Origin: a virus
Length of the DNA: 64,000 nucleotides
Virus record (IMG/VR): IMGVR_UViG_3300027759_000002
Span: 96,001 to 160,000 of that record
Direction: 5' to 3' (one strand)
Position numbers and translations under genes: made by a program. The notes below the pieces were generated by a model that was not told the origin of the DNA, searched no databases, and saw only the letters and a list, made by a program, of their open reading frames with translations. Shown piece after piece: positions 19,256-25,566 of this stretch (positions are counted from its first letter, which is position 1; every line of letters begins with the position of its first letter).

Positions 19256-19595
19256 AATTCAATTTTTCTTTCCGTTGATGGAGCAAACCAAACTAGATTT
19301 GGATTTTACTCCATGTGAACAATGGATTGCAGAATGGCGAAACAAACAATTGGCCAATAGTATTGTTACTAACGGCCAATATTTTTCTCCACTTCTTATT
19401 TCTAGTGGTGGTAATGGTTGTTCAATCACATCATCACCAGTAATGAGTTCCTTTGTTATAAAACCTTCTGTGAAAAATGTTGGTAAATGGGAAATCACAG
19501 ACTCTATGTTTGTTTATAGACCCACTAAACCAAATGCCGTCATCAGATTTATGGCCAAGTATCTTCTTGGCTTTAAATGGCACGATGAAATTTAA
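19242..19595 (+). CDS. hypothetical protein
   Basis: 117 aa ORF filling the gap before gp44. Confidence 0.5.
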   Translation: MQQTEIQFFFPLMEQTKLDLDFTPCEQWIAEWRNKQLANSIVTNGQYFSPLLISSGGNGCSITSSPVMSSFVIKPSVKNVGKWEITDSMFVYRPTKPNAVIRFMAKYLLGFKWHDEI

Positions 19596-19615
19596 TTATA
19601 TTATGGAGTATTTGA

Positions 19616-20548
19616 ATGTCACACATTTTATGGGTCGAGAAATATCGTCCTAAGACCATTGAAGAATGTATTCTTCCTGATGGCATCAAGGCCACATTTC
19701 AGGAGTATGTGAACCGCAAAGAGATTCCCAATCTCTTGTTGGCTGGTTCTGCTGGTGTTGGTAAAACCACAATTGCAAAGGCTCTCTGTGAAGAAGTCGG
19801 TTGTGATTACATTATGATTAACGGTTCAGATGAATCAGGTATTGATGTTCTACGGAACAAAATCAAGAACTATGCATCATCTATGTCCTTGTCAGGCGGC
19901 CGCAAGGTTGTCATCATTGACGAAGCAGACTATCTAAATCCAAATTCAACTCAACCTGCGCTGCGTGGTGCTATCGAGGAGTTCTCATCCAACTGTTCAT
20001 TCATCTTCACATGTAACTTTAAGAACAGAATCATTGACCCGATTCATTCACGTTGTACCGTTATTGACTTTAAAATCAATGGTAGTAAACAGAAGATGGC
20101 TGCAGGATTCTTTAAACGTGTTGAATGGATTTTAGAACAAGAAGGTGTTACATACGATAAGCAAGTGGTCGCTGCCGTTATCACCAAACATTTCCCTGAT
20201 AACCGCCGTGTTTTGAACGAACTACAACGTTATAGTGTTAGTGGTACAATCGACAAAGGCATCTTGGCCTCGGTTTCTGATGTACAGATGAGTGAACTGG
20301 TGTCTTCTATTATGAACAAGGACTTCGCTTCTTGTCGAAAATGGACTACAAACAACCTCGACAACGATATCACCAGAATCTTTAGAAACATCTATGATTC
20401 ATTGTATGAGAAGTTGAAACCCAACTCTGTACCACAAATGGTACTAATTTTGGCTAAGTATCAATATCAGTCAGCCTTTGTTGCAGACCACGAAATCAAT
20501 TTGATTGCTTGCCTTACAGAACTGATGGTTGAATGTGAATTCAAATGA
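19616..20548 (+). CDS. 44: clamp loader large subunit
   Basis: LWVEKYRPKTI, GSAGVGKTT, IIDEAD, SRC. Confidence 0.96.
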   Translation: MSHILWVEKYRPKTIEECILPDGIKATFQEYVNRKEIPNLLLAGSAGVGKTTIAKALCEEVGCDYIMINGSDESGIDVLRNKIKNYASSMSLSGGRKVVIIDEADYLNPNSTQPALRGAIEEFSSNCSFIFTCNFKNRIIDPIHSRCTVIDFKINGSKQKMAAGFFKRVEWILEQEGVTYDKQVVAAVITKHFPDNRRVLNELQRYSVSGTIDKGILASVSDVQMSELVSSIMNKDFASCRKWTTNNLDNDITRIFRNIYDSLYEKLKPNSVPQMVLILAKYQYQSAFVADHEINLIACLTELMVECEFK

Positions 20549-20934
20549 GTCCGTTCGACTATGCCGATTACATCCTGAGAAAGAAGGTGCCGGATGGTGA
20601 ATTGGACTACAAAGATTATGCACCTTTCCTAATCAATAGGTCTCTCTCCAACCACTTAGATTGTGTCTTGTATGTCAATGACATGAACTTGTGGCCAGGT
20701 ATTGATAAAGACATGCAATACCAGTATCTTCTAAATAGTATCAGGCCTATGAAACGTAAATTCGTTCCGTGGCAGAAGGCCGATTCTGATAAGGATATTG
20801 AGTGTGTGAAGACCTATTTTGGTTACTCTAATGCCAAGGCCAAAGAGGCCCTACGTATTCTTACTGATGAACAAATCGCTGATATAAAAACAAAAATAGA
20901 TACAGGCGGAGTGAAGAATAATGATAGACATTAA
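20545..20934 (+). CDS. 62: clamp loader small subunit
   Basis: PFLINRSLS, YFGYSNAKAKEALRIL; lies between gp44 and regA. Confidence 0.92.
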   Translation: MSPFDYADYILRKKVPDGELDYKDYAPFLINRSLSNHLDCVLYVNDMNLWPGIDKDMQYQYLLNSIRPMKRKFVPWQKADSDKDIECVKTYFGYSNAKAKEALRILTDEQIADIKTKIDTGGVKNNDRH

Positions 20935-21328
20935 AGACCTAGTTGAAGTGACATTGGATGACAAAGATGATTTTTTAAAGGTACGTGAGACACTGACCCG
21001 TATTGGTGTCGCCTCCAAGAAAGACCAAACATTATACCAATCTTGCCACATACTCCACAAACGTGGTCAATACTACGTGGTACATTTCAAAGAACTATTT
21101 GCCTTAGATGGCAAAACAACAGACATTACCGAAAACGACCTATCTCGTAGGAATGCCATTGCAAACCTATTGGAAGATTGGGGCTTGGTAAAGTTAGTCA
21201 ATAAAAAACAAACCGAGGTGCCACCACCTATTTTCTTGTCACAGATTAAAATATTGTCACACAAGGAAAAGAGCGACTGGCAACTTACACCAAAATATAA
21301 TATTGGTAAGAAACCAAATAGTGGTTGA
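20921..21328 (+). CDS. regA: translational repressor RegA
   Basis: FLKVRETLTRIGVAS, LYQSCHILHKRGQYYVVHFKELF. Confidence 0.97.
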   Translation: MIDIKDLVEVTLDDKDDFLKVRETLTRIGVASKKDQTLYQSCHILHKRGQYYVVHFKELFALDGKTTDITENDLSRRNAIANLLEDWGLVKLVNKKQTEVPPPIFLSQIKILSHKEKSDWQLTPKYNIGKKPNSG

Positions 21329-21353
21329 CAACTGATATAAATATTGTTATAAT
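21325..21353 (+). promoter_or_regulatory. sigma70 promoter with a nested late promoter
   Basis: TTGACA-17-TATAAT; TATAAATA lies inside the spacer at 21336-21343. Confidence 0.8.
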
Positions 21354-21550
21354 AGTCCCATCGGGATGGGAAAAGTCAAAGGTGGAACCTGGTCCTACCG
21401 AGACTTAATACTCCAGGAAAAAGGTGCTCCACCTACCTTAGGAGCGTTAGTAAAACGGGCAGACGTAATTGCCGCTGGATAACGTAACCAGTACCTTAAG
21501 CGATACGCCTTCGGGGTATCAATTTTTAATCTCGCTTTCAGGAGAAACTT
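21354..21550 (+). ncRNA. structured hsp20 leader with a ROSE-like thermometer hairpin
   Basis: Multiple hairpins and a possible pseudoknot; TCTCGCT-TTC-AGGAGA pairs over the SD with a bulged G. Confidence 0.55.
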
Positions 21551-21994
21551 ATGACTAATCTTAAAGATTATTTCGGTGTCGATTTCGGCAAAATTCAACC
21601 ATTCACCGTGGGATTTGATGACACAATGTCAATCATGCGTGAAGCTGCAGCGGCTGCATCTAAAGCCGTATCTTATCCTCCATACAACATCAAACAGGTA
21701 ACTGCAAACAAGTACGTCATTGAAATGGCTGTTGCTGGTTTCGCAAAGTCTGATATTGAGATGACTTTGGAAGGAAACAAACTTGTAATTAAAGCTGCAT
21801 CTAAAGACGCAGAGGAAGAAGAATATTTGTACAAAGGCATTGCCAACCGTGCATTTGAACGTACCTTCACTCTCGCAGACAAAGTTGAAATCAAAGATGC
21901 AGAGTTGATGAATGGTATGTTGAAGATTTGGCTAGAAAACATGGTCAAAGCACAAGATGCTATTAAGAAAATTTCAATCAAGGCCAAAGAATGA
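21551..21994 (+). CDS. hsp20: small heat shock protein (IbpA-like)
   Basis: YPPYNI, IEMAVAGF, YKGIANRAFERTFTL, NGMLKI. Confidence 0.95.
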   Translation: MTNLKDYFGVDFGKIQPFTVGFDDTMSIMREAAAAASKAVSYPPYNIKQVTANKYVIEMAVAGFAKSDIEMTLEGNKLVIKAASKDAEEEEYLYKGIANRAFERTFTLADKVEIKDAELMNGMLKIWLENMVKAQDAIKKISIKAKE

Positions 21995-22074
21995 AAAAAT
22001 TTCTACAAAGTATACTTGAAGCCATACAGGCCATCAAAGAACACAGGTCAGACCATACCTTAAAAGGTAGATAA
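21991..22074 (+). CDS. 27-aa peptide MKKFLQSILEAIQAIKEHRSDHTLKGR
   Basis: ATGA overlap with the hsp20 stop; not in the supplied ORF track. Confidence 0.4.
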   Translation: MKKFLQSILEAIQAIKEHRSDHTLKGR

Positions 22075-22079
22075 TCATA

Positions 22080-22105
22080 AAGGGTCTTGACAGACCCTTT
22101 TTTTT
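22080..22105 (+). terminator. intrinsic terminator
   Basis: AAGGGTCT-TGAC-AGACCCTT plus T-run. Confidence 0.85.
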
Positions 22106-22115
22106 GTGTTATAAT
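22087..22115 (+). promoter_or_regulatory. sigma70 promoter embedded in the terminator
   Basis: TTGACA 22087-92, 17 nt, TG-N-TATAAT 22110-15. Confidence 0.8.
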
Positions 22116-22124
22116 ATAGACATT

Positions 22125-22307
22125 ATGAAAACTGAAAAACAATACATCAAAAAAGTTCGTGTTAAAACCACGTTGGAGAATTACTACGTTTGTTCACCAG
22201 AGACTAAAGAGATTGATGGTGTTCAATTTGTTTATGTAATTAAGAACATTGGTATTAGGGAAACACCTAAATTAATGCGAAAAGAATCATTAGAATATAT
22301 CAGATAA
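22125..22307 (+). CDS. hypothetical protein
   Basis: 60 aa from ATG 22125, just after the predicted TSS. Confidence 0.55.
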   Translation: MKTEKQYIKKVRVKTTLENYYVCSPETKEIDGVQFVYVIKNIGIRETPKLMRKESLEYIR

Positions 22308-22382
22308 GGGCTGATAGCTTAATGGTAAAGCAGTGAACTCATAATTCATTGAGTCTAGGTTCAATTCCTAGTCAGCCCACCA
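22308..22382 (+). tRNA. tRNA-CAU (Met or Ile2)
   Basis: Cloverleaf, loop CTCATAA, encoded CCA. Confidence 0.88.
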
Positions 22383-22395
22383 ATTTTAAAAAAAT

Positions 22396-22911
22396 ATGAA
22401 AACAAAATTTCGTAATGCATATATGAAAGTGGCCGAGACATTTGCACAATTGTCCTCGGCTCGCAGACTTCATGTTGGTGCTATTGTAGTCAAAGATGAT
22501 AGAATCATTTCAATTGGTTACAATGGTATGCCTTCAGGTTGGGATAATGATTGTGAAGATAAAGAATACATGAGTGTTGATGCTGGCGGTTGGTTGGATT
22601 TGAATGAGATTGAAGAACGCTGGCCAAACAAAGAACAGATGCTTCCAAAGGAAGACAATCGTTGGAGAAGATATGCACTCAAAACTAAACCAGAGGTTTT
22701 ACATGCTGAAACTAATGCGATTGCAAAACTTGCTAAGTCTACCGAATCTGGTATGGGTGCTACTATGTTTGTTACCCACGCTCCATGTTTGGACTGTGCC
22801 AAACTTATCTACCAAAGTGGTATTAGCAGTGTTCTATATCGGAACTCTTATCGGAGTGATGATGGTATCGAATTCCTACAAAAAGCATCAGTCTGGGTAG
22901 AAAAAATCTAA
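22396..22911 (+). CDS. cd: dCMP deaminase
   Basis: VGAIVV, GYNG, HAETNA, PCLDC. Confidence 0.92.
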   Translation: MKTKFRNAYMKVAETFAQLSSARRLHVGAIVVKDDRIISIGYNGMPSGWDNDCEDKEYMSVDAGGWLDLNEIEERWPNKEQMLPKEDNRWRRYALKTKPEVLHAETNAIAKLAKSTESGMGATMFVTHAPCLDCAKLIYQSGISSVLYRNSYRSDDGIEFLQKASVWVEKI

Positions 22912-22955
22912 TTCTCCTAAATAACTTGGGGTAATTGTGCCCTTAGGAGACCAGG

Positions 22956-23462
22956 ATGATTATTCGTGTGGTTAACTGTCCAGACAAAGATTTTAAGCCC
23001 TTTGTTGAAAGAGCTGCCCAATTCTTCGCTAAAGAATTAATACCTAATACACGAATAAGAAATAATTGTATAACAGAAATTAAATTTTGTACCAAAATAA
23101 CTGAATATGGTTTTGCTAGTATTGAAGATTATAATACAAGAAAACTACCTAGAGAATTCCTAATAGAAATAAATCCAAATATCGGATCCAGAAGAATACT
23201 GGAAACCTTGGCGCATGAAATGGTTCATGTGAAACAATATATTGATGGTGAAACGAATGATGAGTTGACCAGATGGCGAGGTAAGAAGGTTGATCCAGAT
23301 AAGATTGATTATTGGATTCAGCCATGGGAGATAGATGCTTACGGCCGTGAACCTGGACTTATTACAAAGTTTGCTGTATCAGAAAATCTATGGGAAATAC
23401 TTGATGATTTTGTTGATCCATCTGGTCCAATAAATTATAACCCGATTGCCTGGAAAAAATAA
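22956..23462 (+). CDS. HExxH zinc metallopeptidase-like protein
   Basis: LAHEMVHVKQY and PWEIDA; late promoter CTAAATA at 22917-23. Confidence 0.65.
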   Translation: MIIRVVNCPDKDFKPFVERAAQFFAKELIPNTRIRNNCITEIKFCTKITEYGFASIEDYNTRKLPREFLIEINPNIGSRRILETLAHEMVHVKQYIDGETNDELTRWRGKKVDPDKIDYWIQPWEIDAYGREPGLITKFAVSENLWEILDDFVDPSGPINYNPIAWKK

Positions 23463-23465
23463 AAT

Positions 23466-23999
23466 ATGTCACATCCAACTCAACAAGAGTTTGTAAAAAA
23501 GTTATCATCGGATTTTCCACAAAACTTCAATAACATAAAGATGTTGGAAGTTGGTAGTTTAAATATCAACGGTACCATGAAGATACATTTTAATGAATGT
23601 GAGTATGTTGGTGTTGACGTTGATGCAGGAAAAGATGTTGACTTGGTTTGTGAAGGCCAGCTTGTCGACCATGCAGATGGCACATACGACACCACAGGTT
23701 CTTGTAATTGTTTCGAACACAATCCACATTGGATAGAAACATTTCAAAACATGTATCGTATGACCAAAAAAGATGGATTAGTTTTTATCGTAGTACCAAC
23801 AACAGGTTATCCTGAACATGGTACATCTAATAAAGCACCAAATGATAGTCCTTTAACCATTGCAAAAGGTTGGGAATATTACAGTAATCTTACAGAAGAA
23901 GATTTTTGTAAAAACTTTGATATGGATAGTATGTTTCATACTTACAAGTTTGAAACAAATAATACTCCCGAATTATTTTTTTACGGATTTAAAAAATAA
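23466..23999 (+). CDS. class I SAM-dependent methyltransferase
   Basis: MLEVGS, GVD, CFEHNP. Confidence 0.75.
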   Translation: MSHPTQQEFVKKLSSDFPQNFNNIKMLEVGSLNINGTMKIHFNECEYVGVDVDAGKDVDLVCEGQLVDHADGTYDTTGSCNCFEHNPHWIETFQNMYRMTKKDGLVFIVVPTTGYPEHGTSNKAPNDSPLTIAKGWEYYSNLTEEDFCKNFDMDSMFHTYKFETNNTPELFFYGFKK

Positions 24000-24012
24000 T
24001 TTTAAAAACCGC

Positions 24013-24041
24013 TTGCCAAGACATAAAAGTTCCTATATAAT
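24013..24041 (+). promoter_or_regulatory. sigma70 promoter P1 of the tRNA region
   Basis: TTGCCA-17-TATAAT; predicted TSS coincides with the ATG at 24048. Confidence 0.8.
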
Positions 24042-24047
24042 AACACT

Positions 24048-24158
24048 ATGAAAAATTTTAAACATAAACCCTTTACGTTACAGTCCGAGTATCGCACAAT
24101 TAATTGTGGTGATAGCTCATGGGCGCCGACTGGGTTTTGTGTAAAGAGAGAGAACTAA
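24048..24158 (+). CDS. putative attenuator leader peptide, 36 aa, all 20 amino acids
   Basis: MKNFKHKPFTLQSEYRTINCGDSSWAPTGFCVKREN; 29 different codons; not in the supplied ORF track. Confidence 0.65.
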   Translation: MKNFKHKPFTLQSEYRTINCGDSSWAPTGFCVKREN

Positions 24159-24188
24159 TACATAAGTTCTAAAAAAGACTTCAAACAC

Positions 24189-24221
24189 AAGACCCTAGAC
24201 CTAAAAAATCTAGGGTTTTTT
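24189..24221 (+). terminator. attenuator terminator
   Basis: ACCCTAGA-CCTAAAAAA-TCTAGGGT plus T6; 5' arm can instead pair with 24130-24142. Confidence 0.75.
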
Positions 24222-24224
24222 GTT

Positions 24225-24277
24225 TGTTGTTTCAATACAACACAGTGGTTGCCAGGTCATCGAATCTGGTATACAAT
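24225..24277 (+). promoter_or_regulatory. promoter P2 with upstream palindrome
   Basis: TGTTGT-N6-ACAACA, 6 nt, then TTGCCA-17-TACAAT. Confidence 0.7.
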
Positions 24278-24283
24278 ACACAC

Positions 24284-24299
24284 TGTTCTTTAAAAATTT
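24284..24299 (+). promoter_or_regulatory. boxA-like antitermination element
   Basis: TGTTCTTTAAAAATTT versus the rrn boxA TGCTCTTTAACAATTT. Confidence 0.6.
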
Positions 24300-24311
24300 G
24301 TCGTAGTTTAT

Positions 24312-24385
24312 TGGGGTATAGCATAGTGGTAGTGCTGCGGACTTTGAATCCGTAGGTCCTTGTTCGATTCAAGGTACCCCAGCCA
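24312..24385 (+). tRNA. tRNA-Gln(UUG)
   Basis: Cloverleaf, loop CTTTGAA, CCA. Confidence 0.9.
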
Positions 24386-24457
24386 TATAAAAACACATTA
24401 GAGATAAGCAGGAACTGGTTCGAAACGGGTCGCCTCGTTTAGTGTGTTTCTATATGG
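24383..24457 (+). repeat. inter-tRNA hairpin element, copy 1
   Basis: CCATATAAAAACACA...AGTGTGTTTCTATATGG; second copy at 25110-25183. Confidence 0.7.
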
Positions 24458-24547
24458 AAGATGATGCAGCGGGGTTGGTCCTGCGACTGGCCTTGAAAAC
24501 CAGGTTCTCAGAAATGGGATGGGGTTCGACTCCTCCGTCTTCCGCCA
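24456..24547 (+). tRNA. tRNA-Ser(UGA), 8/4 fold
   Basis: 8-bp acceptor GGAAGATG/CGTCTTCC, 4-bp T stem, long variable arm, G73. Confidence 0.82.
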
Positions 24548-24552
24548 AACAT

Positions 24553-24640
24553 AGAAGGTTGCCCGAGCGGTTAAGGGAGCAGTTTGCTAAACTGTCGTTG
24601 CGAAAGCGGCGCATCGGTTCGAATCCGATACCTTCTGCCA
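24553..24640 (+). tRNA. tRNA-Ser(GCU)
   Basis: Loop TTGCTAA, long variable arm, CCA. Confidence 0.9.
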
Positions 24641-24646
24641 AAACAT

Positions 24647-24722
24647 GTAGGTGTGACCCGAAAGGCTAGGGAGCAGATTGCAAATCTGTTACATGCAGGT
24701 TCGATTCCTGTCACCTACTCCA
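24647..24722 (+). tRNA. tRNA-Cys(GCA)
   Basis: Loop TTGCAAA, U73, CCA. Confidence 0.9.
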
Positions 24723-24726
24723 AACA

Positions 24727-24779
24727 TGTTGTAGGAATACAACAGTCTGGTTGACAATGATTCATGGTTGTGTTATACT
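24727..24779 (+). promoter_or_regulatory. promoter P3 with upstream palindrome
   Basis: TGTTGT-N6-ACAACA, 6 nt, then TTGACA-17-TATACT with TG extension. Confidence 0.78.
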
Positions 24780-24807
24780 TCATCTATGAATTGAGAAATC
24801 AATCAAA

Positions 24808-24823
24808 CGTTCTTTAAAAATTT
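24808..24823 (+). promoter_or_regulatory. boxA-like element
   Basis: CGTTCTTTAAAAATTT; part of a 25/27 repeat with 24285-24311. Confidence 0.6.
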
Positions 24824-24835
24824 GTTGTAGTTAAT

Positions 24836-24910
24836 GCTCCGTTCGTCTATCGGTTAGGACGCTGCCCTTTCAAGGCGGAAAGACCAGTTCGATTCTGGTA
24901 CGGAGTACCA
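24836..24910 (+). tRNA. tRNA-Glu(UUC)
   Basis: Loop CTTTCAA, CCA. Confidence 0.9.
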
Positions 24911-25030
24911 TTTGTTTTGCTGACGTAAGCGCTTGAGTAAACGTCAACTCTAACTAACTATGTGTATAAACGGTAATGCTGCAGCTAAATCCGTTGAGCA
25001 TAGCAAATAGTGCGTCAGCAAAACAAATGG
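24908..25030 (+). ncRNA. candidate structured RNA closed by an 18-bp perfect stem
   Basis: CCATTTGTTTTGCTGACG / CGTCAGCAAAACAAATGG enclosing internal hairpins. Confidence 0.5.
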
Positions 25031-25037
25031 TAGTTAT

Positions 25038-25112
25038 GGGGGTATAACTTAACGGCTAAAGTAGTAGGCTTTTAACCTATTAATCAGAGTTCGATTCTCT
25101 GTACCCCTACCA
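25038..25112 (+). tRNA. tRNA-Lys(UUU)
   Basis: Loop CTTTTAA, CCA. Confidence 0.9.
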
Positions 25113-25183
25113 TATAAAAACACACTTCCGACAGCAGGCGGAACTCAGGATAAGTCCATTCGGGTGAGTGTGTTTCTATATGG
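25110..25183 (+). repeat. inter-tRNA hairpin element, copy 2
   Basis: Same terminal stems as 24383-24457, different interior. Confidence 0.7.
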
Positions 25184-25274
25184 AGGCATTGTAGATATGG
25201 CGTGTTCTGCAGCGGACTGTAAATCCGTTCCCCCGTGGTAAACAATGTTGGTTCGACTCCAACTGCCTCCACCA
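25182..25274 (+). tRNA. tRNA-Tyr(GUA)
   Basis: Loop CTGTAAA, long variable region, CCA. Confidence 0.85.
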
Positions 25275-25280
25275 AATCCC

Positions 25281-25460
25281 GTTACTACTTCCGTTAAAGT
25301 AGCGTTTGATTAGCGATAGAGATCCGGTGGCAGAAAACCGTTAGCGAGAGAAATCTCAGGCTCTGATAGGCAGTTCCCTCTGCACACAGACATTAGAATA
25401 AAAGGGATGGACAGAGTAACTTCTCAATTAAGGGCTTGTGTGGAAACAAGTAGCTTATCC
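25281..25460 (+). ncRNA. candidate structured RNA
   Basis: No ORF; stems GTTACT/AGTAAC, CGGT/ACCG, GAGA-GAAA-TCTC, CTCTG/CAGAG. Confidence 0.4.
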
Positions 25461-25466
25461 TAATTT

Positions 25467-25541
25467 GGTCTTAAAGTGTTCATGGACGCACATCAGCCTG
25501 TCACGCTGAAAGAAGGGGATCGTTACCCCTTAAGACCGCCA
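25467..25541 (+). tRNA. tRNA-Asp(GUC), non-canonical T-loop
   Basis: Loop CTGTCAC; T-loop ATCGTTA; CCA. Confidence 0.82.
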
Positions 25542-25566
25542 AATAATTGTTGTGAAGGAAAAGAAA

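Noticed and set aside
24456-24547. tRNA-Sec or opal suppressor (the 5' GGAAGAT resembles selC)
   Set aside because: The anticodon is UGA (reads UCA, Ser), not UCA; the fold is 8/4 rather than 8/5; no sel genes in the window.
24383-25183. CRISPR mini-array
   Set aside because: Only two copies, 700 nt apart with tRNAs between them; the ends are inverted rather than direct repeats; no cas genes.
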